A stretch of 60,477 nt of DNA. Source: a virus (lineage: Duplodnaviria > Caudoviricetes). Location: positions 1 through 60,477 of IMG/VR virus record IMGVR_UViG_3300043407_000092, one strand, 5' to 3'. The position numbers and the translations under genes were made by a program. Shown one piece after another: positions 1 through 8,106 of the stretch; the first letter of the stretch is position 1, and each line of letters begins with the position of its first letter. The notes under the pieces were generated by a model, which worked only from the letters and a program-made list of their open reading frames with translations, was not told where the DNA came from and did not search any database.

Positions 1-127
1 TCGGCAGTTAGTTGGTCGTCAGACAATTTACTGACAACATCAGGCGTAACTTCTCCGCGAGCTAAAACGGCTGGTTGTCGCGTTGTTTGCGGTCTTTGCG
101 TTTCTGTTTGCTGGGCTTGAGCGGCTT
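1..127. repeat. 127-bp exact terminal overlap (identical to 60351-60477); circular assembly
   Basis: Bases 1-127 match 60351-60477 exactly. 127 is a typical assembler k-mer, and a reading frame runs through the join. Confidence 0.95.
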
Positions 128-1931
128 TAGCGGCATTAGCAACTTCCAATACGGTCATGGGTTTAGGAGCACGTCTAAATTTAGATGTAGACGCGGGAGG
201 AGCTGTCAGGTCGACAGATTGATCTGTAACCACGGGCGCAGCAGTTGTAACTACAGGAGCCGCAGTTGTAACTACAGGGGCAGCTGATTGACCGCTGGTA
301 TCTGGAAGAACACCAGCTTGTTGAACTGGGGCTCCAGTTCCGGGGGTAGTTCCACCAACTGTTCCTTGGACAGGAGTAGCTGATCCTGCAGCTCCCACAA
401 CTCCCGGAACGACAGCGCCCCCAGCTCCCACGCCTGCTGAAACTCCTGATCCAGTAGAAATTGGTGCGCTGACATTTGTAGCTCCTTGAGTAGCAGCACT
501 CATAGCGTTGATGATGTTCTGAACCGCAGCCTGTTTTATCAGTTTTTCCGCTTGTTTAAATTTATTTTGTGCAAGCGTTGTACGAACTGAATCTAGTTGT
601 TCTTGAGTTAGCTTAGCTTCCATCAACTTTGGTAGCAGCGTTAAGGTCTTGCCGGATGGGCTAATTCCCATCGAAAGCAGTTGTTCCTCATCTGCGCTAA
701 AAATTTTAGAAGCTGCGGGAGCAGTAGAACCAGCAGAAACAGGAGGCACAAGCGTAGCCCCCAGAGGAGCAGTTCCAGCAGGAGTAGTTCCAGCAGGAGT
801 AGTTAAATCAGTTTCCTGAGTTAGCAACGATGCCGTTGTTGGTTGAGCAGGATTACCAAACGCACTTAAACCAGCAGGATAAGTGCCGCCTAACAAATTA
901 GAATTAGCGTATGGGTTACCCATCAAAGCCGCAGGATCGGTTCCTGTAATGCTTTTGCCAAGAGGGGTTGGAGTATCCGGCTGAGTTAAATCAATAGCGC
1001 CTTCTTCTGGACGACTAGAGCGCAGGCCGCCTACACCACCAAAGACACCACCTAGGGCTGCACCACCAACGAACGAATCCAAGTAGCGCTTATTGGCAGC
1101 TTCATTAAACAGAGTTTCGTTGGGATCAACCGCCATACGACCGGCGTACTGGTTAATAATTTCTTGGCCAGTTTCGCTTAGACCTTCAGCCACAGCAGTA
1201 GTCGGTACAGCCACAGCGAGCCTACGAGCAAGACCGCCTTCACCTTGGATCAGAGGACGCATACCGCGGGCAAGCTGGCCCTCAATACCAAGGGCATTCA
1301 ACGCAGCGTACGGAACACCGCCAAGAGTAGCAGCACCTAGGTTTTCACCGCCGGCATCGCGTTGAGCAGACAAAATATCACCTACAGCACTTGGATAGCT
1401 AGCGCCTACAGCACCCGCAGTACTAGCGGCGGCACGAGTCAAACCCATACGGGCAGCAGTACCGCCAAGGGCTAAGCCACCTGTAAGACCGCCGACAACA
1501 GCTTCACCCAAGTATGGGAGGGACTGAGCAGCAAGACCGCCAATGTAATTTAAACCAGTGCCAATGCCGGTAACATCTCTAAAATCTTCAATACCGCCAA
1601 GGTCACGAGCGCGTTGGGCCGCGTAAGCAGCAGCACTTTCATTAGCCTCACGGCGAGCGTCAAACGCAGCAGCAGTATCAGTAGCACCGACTTTTCGAGC
1701 AACAGCACCGCCAAGGCCCAAAAGGTTTGCTTGATACTGGTCAATACCAGCAGAGACTCGACTACCGGCAAGGCCGCGCCCTGCACCGCTGTAACCTATT
1801 TCAGAAGCGTACGCATCAAGAGATGGGTAGTAACTTTTGTAATTTTGAAACGTACTCTGTAGAATGTCTTCATCAGTTAGATTTTCAAGACCACCGTTAG
1901 CTTTACGAATGTCTGCAATGGAACGTGGCAT
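1..1931 (-). CDS. N-terminal part of giant polyvalent internal virion/ejection protein (~2642 aa in total; continues at 60350-54353)
   Basis: Manual translation from ATG 1931 (MPRSIADIRKANGGLENLTDEDILQ...) is open to base 1 and ends ...KLSDDQLTAE, joining the track ORF MSDDQLTAE. It has Gly/Ala-rich hydrophobic segments and an AEGLSETGQE motif typical of large podophage internal proteins. Confidence 0.9.
   Translation of the reverse strand, partial: MPRSIADIRKANGGLENLTDEDILQSTFQNYKSYYPSLDAYASEIGYSGAGRGLAGSRVSAGIDQYQANLLGLGGAVARKVGATDTAAAFDARREANESAAAYAAQRARDLGGIEDFRDVTGIGTGLNYIGGLAAQSLPYLGEAVVGGLTGGLALGGTAARMGLTRAAASTAGAVGASYPSAVGDILSAQRDAGGENLGAATLGGVPYAALNALGIEGQLARGMRPLIQGEGGLARRLAVAVPTTAVAEGLSETGQEIINQYAGRMAVDPNETLFNEAANKRYLDSFVGGAALGGVFGGVGGLRSSRPEEGAIDLTQPDTPTPLGKSITGTDPAALMGNPYANSNLLGGTYPAGLSAFGNPAQPTTASLLTQETDLTTPAGTTPAGTAPLGATLVPPVSAGSTAPAASKIFSADEEQLLSMGISPSGKTLTLLPKLMEAKLTQEQLDSVRTTLAQNKFKQAEKLIKQAAVQNIINAMSAATQGATNVSAPISTGSGVSAGVGAGGAVVPGVVGAAGSATPVQGTVGGTTPGTGAPVQQAGVLPDTSGQSAAPVVTTAAPVVTTAAPVVTDQSVDLTAPPASTSKFRRAPKPMTVLEVANAAKAAQAQQTETQRPQTTRQPAVLARGEVTPDVVSKLSDDQLTA
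226..283 (-). repeat. 21-nt tandem repeat encoding APVVTTA (about 3 copies) in the giant protein linker
   Basis: gcagttgtaactacagg occurs at 241 and 262, with a degenerate third copy. Confidence 0.8.
272..475 (-). CDS. Nested +1-frame small protein A (67 aa, MSAHQFLLDQEFQQAWELGALSFRELWELQDQLLL...)
   Basis: AAGGAG (482-487) lies 6 nt before ATG 475. The product is helical and protein-like, while the host frame here is low-complexity G/A/V/P/T linker. Confidence 0.7.
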   Translation of the reverse strand: MSAHQFLLDQEFQQAWELGALSFRELWELQDQLLLSKEQLVELPPELEPQFNKLVFFQIPAVNQLPL

Positions 1932-1940
1932 AAAAGCACC

Positions 1941-3560
1941 TTACTGGTTCTGCAACTGGTTGTACTGTTCCGTTGTATAACGTTTTTTGGTCAGTGGATC
2001 AGTGTAGAAGTATTCTACGCCGCCAAACATTCCGCGTCGAGACTCTCGTAAAAAGTCTTCTAGAGGACCGCGAACAGCAGCTCCCGGAACTGTCATGCGA
2101 GATTCACCGGGTCGAACTTCAATTGGAGCAGTAGCTAGGCCAAGACCTTTTTTCTTATTGGCGGCTTGTAAGGCCGCGTCTTCGTTTCCTGCGGCAGGGC
2201 CGCGGCCATATAGTAAATCAGCTTCTATTTTAGCGGCTGGGTAAGACAAACCAGTATCAGTAAAACTTTTGATAGTGGCTGCGTAATCTTTAGGTGTGAA
2301 CTCAGGCTTTACTGCAGCGCCAAGAGACAACTGCCTACCGGGGCCAGCAGATGCCATGTTGTAGCTAGTTATCAGAGCTCGGCCTTTTGTGCCAATTTTT
2401 TCTTCGGGCGTAAGCGCGTCAAACTCTTCCTGAATTTTATCAAGCTTGGCTATCGTCGCAGAATCTCGTTTGAGTCCTCCAGCACGAACATTAGACAGAT
2501 TAGCCGCAGCGTTAGAAGCAACAATAGCCGCGCCCTGCGCATCAATAGCACTTTCTACTTTACGCAAGTTCATCATCCAAGAGCCTATGGTCTCAGGTTC
2601 AGTGGCTTGTTTATTTAAGTACTCAGTAGCTAGGGCTTCGTTTTTAAACGTCTGAGTGCCTGTAATGCGTTTACTTGCTTTGTCAATAAAGTTTAGAGTA
2701 ACTGCGCCGCCTTTACCGGGCACAATGGCTAAGTCAGTTTTGTCGTCAAAGTCTGGGTCAGAGTTGTAAAGCGAGCCAAGCTGAGTAAGGTTTTTGCCTT
2801 GTAGCTTCTTTTTAATATTGTTTTTAAAACTATCCATCTCAGCGTTTTCAATGCCCAAACGTGTAGTTACAGTCTCTTGCCACTGCTTTGGAGTAAATTT
2901 AAATTGTGTAAATGCAGCTTTTTTTAGTTCTTCTACTGTAGCGTCAGGACGTTCGGCAGCGAAGTTAGCAAAACCAGAAGCATTTTGCAATTCAGTTTCA
3001 GTACGATTAGCAGCTTTAATTTGAAGGCCGGTAAGGTCTCTCTGTTGAGCTTGGCCAGCAATTTGGCCTTTTACACTTTCTAATTGCAGAGGGCGATACT
3101 TAGCGTTGTAATCAATATCATCCGCTTGCTGCAAAAGCTGAGAAGCCCGAACAGGATCGCCGCTAGCACCAAGAACGCGGGCAGCTTCACGCATTTGTAA
3201 ACCGCGAATTTGGTCAGGCGAAAACTGGCCGGCTACTGTTTGACCGCCGTACCGCTGAACTTGTTGAGGGGCAAACTCTGTAGGAGGCGCAGGCATATCA
3301 CCCTGAAGGTCAAGCCCTTGTTTTGGGGTGTAACGAAGCGTAGGAGCTTGACCTGGGGCACCGGGCATAGCTTCAACGTCATAAGCTCCCGTTTCTTGCA
3401 ACCGTTGAATTTCTTTTGTTTGTTCTGGCGTGTAGTCAACATATGACTCAGGTTGAGCATAGGCTTTAGCCAAGCCACGTTTTAGCTCGTCTTCTTCGCG
3501 CATTTTAAGACCGCGCTCAACCGCTTGTGCGCCTACTTGGAATCCTGCTGCGAAACCCAT
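1941..3560 (-). CDS. Putative internal virion/DNA ejection protein
   Basis: Long helical Ala/Gln-rich ORF starting MGFAAGFQVG after GGAGG, located between the pilot-like protein and the giant protein. Confidence 0.7.
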   Translation of the reverse strand: MGFAAGFQVGAQAVERGLKMREEDELKRGLAKAYAQPESYVDYTPEQTKEIQRLQETGAYDVEAMPGAPGQAPTLRYTPKQGLDLQGDMPAPPTEFAPQQVQRYGGQTVAGQFSPDQIRGLQMREAARVLGASGDPVRASQLLQQADDIDYNAKYRPLQLESVKGQIAGQAQQRDLTGLQIKAANRTETELQNASGFANFAAERPDATVEELKKAAFTQFKFTPKQWQETVTTRLGIENAEMDSFKNNIKKKLQGKNLTQLGSLYNSDPDFDDKTDLAIVPGKGGAVTLNFIDKASKRITGTQTFKNEALATEYLNKQATEPETIGSWMMNLRKVESAIDAQGAAIVASNAAANLSNVRAGGLKRDSATIAKLDKIQEEFDALTPEEKIGTKGRALITSYNMASAGPGRQLSLGAAVKPEFTPKDYAATIKSFTDTGLSYPAAKIEADLLYGRGPAAGNEDAALQAANKKKGLGLATAPIEVRPGESRMTVPGAAVRGPLEDFLRESRRGMFGGVEYFYTDPLTKKRYTTEQYNQLQNQ

Positions 3561-3561
3561 A

Positions 3562-4512
3562 TTAAACCTCCAACATCTCAATGCCGAGACCGGCGTAATT
3601 CACTGCTTTGTAGCCGTCAGGCATTGTGTAGACCATGTCTGGGAAGCGTTTCTCAACATCATCCGCCATTACACCTAAGTAGCGCTGGCCTGATCCGCCG
3701 TTGTATTCAAACTCATAGAGCGGCAACATTGTGCGCTCATCGCGGCCAACTTCCTCAATATTGTTTTTGAGGCGACGATCGGAGAATTTAAATGCAGCAG
3801 TTGTAGCAGCTCCAGCCAATGCGCCGTAAACCTGACTTTCAGCATTAAGCCCTGTATTAAACTGGCTAGTCTGATTGTTAAGAACGTTGCCGTATGTTTG
3901 GCCTGATTGCTGCAGACCCTGTTGGTACTGTGAGCCGGGAGCCATAGATGTATTAATGCCAGCAGAGCCTGCGCCTGTCGCACCTTGGTACGCCGCAGTG
4001 GAAGCACCCGAAAGATTACGGCCAAGGCCGGTAACGTCAAGGCGGCGAGCAAATCCAATTTGTTCAGCTTGATTACGAGCGCCTGTCATAGCATTTGCAC
4101 GATTAGCAGCAAGACCTAGATTAGATTGATTAGCCATAGACATGGCTCGACCAGAGTTAGGGTTTACCCCCATAGACGCTTGAGCACGCTGAGAGGCTGC
4201 TTGAGTTATGCCAAAGGCCCGCCCGGCTGCAGCAGAAGCATCCCGAGCAAGATTTTCTCGATAGGCATCGGTATTAAATCGTTCAGCATCTCGAACAAGC
4301 CCCTGCTCTAGCGGTCGAAAGGTATTCTGCTGATAGCTAAAGTAATCCTGCGCTTGCTGCATTTGCTGATTTTGCGCAGCTATTTGCTGAGTAGCTACTT
4401 GTTGGGCAAGAGGAAGCAGGTCTTTGTATTGTTCTTTTGCAAAGGCCAACTGTTCAGCACCAAGCTCTTTCATTGGCCCATAGTCTGGTGCTGGTTGTGA
4501 TTTTCCGCCCAT
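3562..4512 (-). CDS. Putative DNA pilot/ejection protein with C-terminal intramolecular chaperone (peptidase S74/ICA) domain
   Basis: Starts MGGKSQPAPDY after AAGGAG. Gln/Ala/Gly-rich body; SDRRLKNNI...YEFEY...GVMADDVE...VNY is the S74 signature. Confidence 0.8.
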   Translation of the reverse strand: MGGKSQPAPDYGPMKELGAEQLAFAKEQYKDLLPLAQQVATQQIAAQNQQMQQAQDYFSYQQNTFRPLEQGLVRDAERFNTDAYRENLARDASAAAGRAFGITQAASQRAQASMGVNPNSGRAMSMANQSNLGLAANRANAMTGARNQAEQIGFARRLDVTGLGRNLSGASTAAYQGATGAGSAGINTSMAPGSQYQQGLQQSGQTYGNVLNNQTSQFNTGLNAESQVYGALAGAATTAAFKFSDRRLKNNIEEVGRDERTMLPLYEFEYNGGSGQRYLGVMADDVEKRFPDMVYTMPDGYKAVNYAGLGIEMLEV

Positions 4513-4514
4513 AT

Positions 4515-4931
4515 TTACTCCTTGCGCAGCCAACGACAATTGTCAGGCCGCATTACCAAAATCTGCATATCAGCGCCGGGTGCGCCGTCTTTCATTACAA
4601 ACTCTTCTTCAAATCCAAGATGCTTGTCAAATTCTATGATATGTGGCTCGTTTGTTGGTACCATACCGGTCAGTCTTTTTAGCTTGCAGTGGTTAAACGC
4701 GTAGTTGCACACATGTTCAAAGAGGGGGATAAGCTGTCTTGTCTGTCGTGCAATTGCAATATGACAGGTAGCATTCGCGCCATTGTAATTGTTTATGACT
4801 ACTCCAGCTAGGACTTCATCAGCTTGCATGACCCCAATTGCGTAGAAATTTCCCCAGTCTGCGTTCTGTCCAACACGCTCGGCAACCCAAGCACCAATTC
4901 GTTCCTTCTGGTCAAAGACAAGTTCCGCCAT
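4515..4931 (-). CDS. GNAT-family acetyltransferase-like virion assembly protein
   Basis: N...IEFDKHLGFEEE motif; position ahead of the ejection genes is as in other podophages. Confidence 0.7.
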   Translation of the reverse strand: MAELVFDQKERIGAWVAERVGQNADWGNFYAIGVMQADEVLAGVVINNYNGANATCHIAIARQTRQLIPLFEHVCNYAFNHCKLKRLTGMVPTNEPHIIEFDKHLGFEEEFVMKDGAPGADMQILVMRPDNCRWLRKE

Positions 4932-4945
4932 GTGTGTATTATGAC

Positions 4946-5272
4946 TTATTGTGCGGGTTTTGGATACTTAGCTTTAACAGCTTGGCAGGCTGCAATGTAA
5001 GCAGCAATCTGAGCTTGATCGCCTTTGACAATTCCATCTAGGTAGTCCGTCACGGGAGGGTACTCAGCTTCGCGTTGCACACGATAGTCAGAAATGCCGG
5101 TAACGGTCTTAACACACTTGCCGTCTACCATAGCAATGTCTACGTTAACACGAGAGTAGGGGTGTGTCAGGTTAAGGACTTCTACGTATTCTACATAACT
5201 ATCATCATGTTTGTAATTCATTGGGCCCAACAGAATTTGCCCATTTTCAACTTTAACCCATTGCGTTTCCAT
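4946..5272 (-). CDS. Tail fibre-associated (assembly chaperone-like) protein
   Basis: YRVQREAEYPPVTDYLDGIVK...VKAKYPK pattern, immediately downstream of a tail fibre. Confidence 0.6.
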   Translation of the reverse strand: METQWVKVENGQILLGPMNYKHDDSYVEYVEVLNLTHPYSRVNVDIAMVDGKCVKTVTGISDYRVQREAEYPPVTDYLDGIVKGDQAQIAAYIAACQAVKAKYPKPAQ

Positions 5273-8106
5273 TAGCGAACTCCCATTGCCATACCATCAA
5301 TGGTTTGGATTGTGTACTCAGCGTTATAACCGCCAACAAAAATCATAACTGGAACGGATGTAGCATAAGTGTTAGTTGTTACGCCGGTTGCGTTTGTAGC
5401 AATACCAAACGTTCCTGAATTTGTGTTGTATGCAATTTGCTCAGTGGCAGTTACATAATTTCCGCCGTAAAAGTAAGCATTAATCAATATCAAAACCGCT
5501 AAGTCTCGAGTTACGCTAACACCTAGTGCCTGTACGTTAACAGATACAAAAATTTTATGAGCAGCAGTTGCAGGAGCCGGCATGTAGTTGCTATAGACAA
5601 GGTACTGCGGAACGCTTGTATCTCCGTTAAGGTAGTACGGGCCGTTAGTTACAGAGATAGGGTAAGCACCACTAATTCGAACATACAAACCAACGTAAGA
5701 ATTAATCTTATAGACAGTCTGCAACGCGCCGGTAATTTGACCAGAGCGAACCGTAATATCGTTAAATTCAGCACTACCGCCTTTGTCAATCTTCCAGCCG
5801 GAATAACCGGGGTAGTAGTTTGTAGACTGGATAGCGCCGCCAATCTTGGCATTGGTTACTTCACCGTCTAGGATTTTGGCACCGGTAATAGCGGCGTCAG
5901 CAATGTACGCAGTGCCAATAGCTGTTCCTGCAATGTATGTACTAATATTAGCGCTCGTAATAGTACTCAAGAATGCAAAACCACCAAAACCGGGTACGTT
6001 ACTAATCTGCGTATTCCAGTTGACCGAACTTTGTGTAGCCAGCGTTCCAAGGCCGGAAACGTTTGAAGCAGAGACTGAGTTCTGAGTAGCTAGAGTTCCA
6101 AGGCCAGTGACGTTTGTGTAAGAGATGCTGCTTGCAGTAGCCAATGGGCCAAGAGTAGGAGTTCCTGAAATACTGGAATAAGTAATTGGGTAACCAGAAC
6201 CAAAAATGGGCGTGCCATTAGTGTCTCGAATTATCAAACCGTTGGTGTTGATCTGCCCAGCAGTTAGCTGTCCGCGAATAGAAGCCGCAGCAAATTCTGC
6301 TGTACCGTTGGCGTGAATTTTCCAGCCTTGGGTGCCGGGAATGTAAGCCGCGCTTTCAATAAAACTTGTAGCCTGTAGTGCTGCACCGGTAATTTTGTTA
6401 GCAGATACGTCGATCAGTTTAGTGCCAGTGATTGTTCCGCCAGTTATTTTAGAACCATCAATACTTCCGCCTTTGATATACGCGCCGTCAATGTAGACAC
6501 CAGCAGGGACATTCGTGCCATCAATAGTTTGGGGCGTAGTGGTAACAATAAACGGGGTTACTGGGCTAATGCCCGGGCCGTTTGGACTAGAGATAGAGAA
6601 GCGGTCAGCACGAATGACAAACGATGAAAAGGGCGTTCCGTTATTTGGTTCGCTGGCAAGGCCGAAACCGGAAACGTAGCCGTTGTTATCAATCTTTACT
6701 GTGTACTTTCCAGATATCCCGTTAATTGATTCCGTGTTGGCTTGAATAGAAGTTGTTTGCCCACCAACTGTAGTGGTCAAGCCACTGATTGATTGTGCTG
6801 TTGCAGTGTTAAGAGTAGTCTGCGCATTGGAAAAACTGGTAAGCGCCGCTTTTGTTGCAGCAAGACCGGTAGTTGGATTGTTGACTGTTGACTCAAGCGT
6901 AGTCAGTTGCTGCGCTGTAGAAGTGTTAATGCCCGCCTGCGTAGTTGTAAAGTTGGTCAAGGTTGCTTTTGTTGCAGCAAGACCGGTAGTTGGATTGTTG
7001 ACTGTTGACTCAAGCGTAGTTAGTTGCTGTGCTGTTGCTGTATCTGCCGCAGCACGAGTAGTGGCTTCAGAAACAATAGCGGCGTTAGTTGCCGCGAGTC
7101 CGGTTGTTGGATTATTGACCGTAGAGTTTAGAGTTGTAATCTGCGTTGCTAAAGCTGTATCCGCTGTAGTTCTAGTTGTAGCTTCAGTTGTAATCGCCGC
7201 TTGTGCTGCAGTCAAGCCGGTCTCTGCGTTGGTTACTCGAGCGGCAAGAGCTTGCCGTGCAGTGGCTTCTGCGCTGTCTGCGTCAGCTCGCGCTGTAGCT
7301 TCAGTTTGGATAGCCGCCGCGTTACTAGCTACAGAAGCAGTAACCGTTGTAATTTGGCTAGCCAGTGAAGAATCTGCGGTTTGTCGAGTAGTTGCTTCTG
7401 CCGTAATTGCTGCTCCTCGCGCAGTAGCTTCCGCAAGAATTGCCGTAGCCCGAGTATTACTTTCGGCCAGAATGGCGGCTGTGCGAGCGTCAGCTTCGGT
7501 TTTTATACGGGCTGCAACACTACCAGCCAACGAAGCAGGGCCATCGACAAGATTGATACGAGCGCCAAGGTCTTGATAAAGTTGAGACTCAGTAACAGCC
7601 CCAGTAAGCACTTCAAGCATGTGCTCAACTTCAATACCGGTCTGCCCGAGCGTGCCGCCAACAGCATTAAAAGGCCCTGCTGTACCTTCGGTGTTTTTAA
7701 AGCGAATCCAGTAGTAGCGAGACTGCTGAGGGCCGATCGTATCTACGTAATTAACACCGGGGGTAAACCCTAATAGAACTGCATCGCCAATGAGGTTTGT
7801 TCCGCCGCTGTATACCTCGGTGTAATCGTGGCCAAAGTAAGTCGGGTTATCCCACTCAAGAAAGATGGCGTTTACACTTCCCGTAGCGCTTAAATTTTGA
7901 GGTGCAGGGGGCGTTGCAATAACCCCTTTCTTGATGGGGATAAGTGTACCTGTAGTACCGACACTCGCAAGACCGCCGTTGATTAAATCTTGTGCAGTGA
8001 CAAAACGATCTGTTCCGCTACTAGATATTACTTCACGAAGACGATCAATAAAAGTTCGCAGGTCGCGAGGGATATCTGACGTTACTGATGGGAGTTTATT
8101 AGACAC
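5272..8106 (-). CDS. Tail fibre/tip protein (FN3-like N-terminal region, coiled coil, DUF1983-like region)
   Basis: PPAPQNLSA...YYWIRFKN (FN3-like), Ala/Thr coiled coil, YTVKIDNNGYVSGFGLAS...FVIRADRFSI (DUF1983-like), ITGAKI-type repeats. Confidence 0.8.
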   Translation of the reverse strand: MSNKLPSVTSDIPRDLRTFIDRLREVISSSGTDRFVTAQDLINGGLASVGTTGTLIPIKKGVIATPPAPQNLSATGSVNAIFLEWDNPTYFGHDYTEVYSGGTNLIGDAVLLGFTPGVNYVDTIGPQQSRYYWIRFKNTEGTAGPFNAVGGTLGQTGIEVEHMLEVLTGAVTESQLYQDLGARINLVDGPASLAGSVAARIKTEADARTAAILAESNTRATAILAEATARGAAITAEATTRQTADSSLASQITTVTASVASNAAAIQTEATARADADSAEATARQALAARVTNAETGLTAAQAAITTEATTRTTADTALATQITTLNSTVNNPTTGLAATNAAIVSEATTRAAADTATAQQLTTLESTVNNPTTGLAATKATLTNFTTTQAGINTSTAQQLTTLESTVNNPTTGLAATKAALTSFSNAQTTLNTATAQSISGLTTTVGGQTTSIQANTESINGISGKYTVKIDNNGYVSGFGLASEPNNGTPFSSFVIRADRFSISSPNGPGISPVTPFIVTTTPQTIDGTNVPAGVYIDGAYIKGGSIDGSKITGGTITGTKLIDVSANKITGAALQATSFIESAAYIPGTQGWKIHANGTAEFAAASIRGQLTAGQINTNGLIIRDTNGTPIFGSGYPITYSSISGTPTLGPLATASSISYTNVTGLGTLATQNSVSASNVSGLGTLATQSSVNWNTQISNVPGFGGFAFLSTITSANISTYIAGTAIGTAYIADAAITGAKILDGEVTNAKIGGAIQSTNYYPGYSGWKIDKGGSAEFNDITVRSGQITGALQTVYKINSYVGLYVRISGAYPISVTNGPYYLNGDTSVPQYLVYSNYMPAPATAAHKIFVSVNVQALGVSVTRDLAVLILINAYFYGGNYVTATEQIAYNTNSGTFGIATNATGVTTNTYATSVPVMIFVGGYNAEYTIQTIDGMAMGVR
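6848..7020. repeat. 56-nt identical direct repeat, 117-nt (39-aa) period, in the tail fibre coiled coil
   Basis: 6848-6903 = 6965-7020 (TTLESTVNNPTTGLAATKA); a degenerate third copy lies near 7080-7140. Confidence 0.9.

Noticed and set aside
6773-7576. 267-aa plus-strand ORF and similar antisense ORFs over structural genes
   Set aside because: These are shadows of Ala/Thr-rich minus-strand genes, with Val/Ala-rich translations and no SD.
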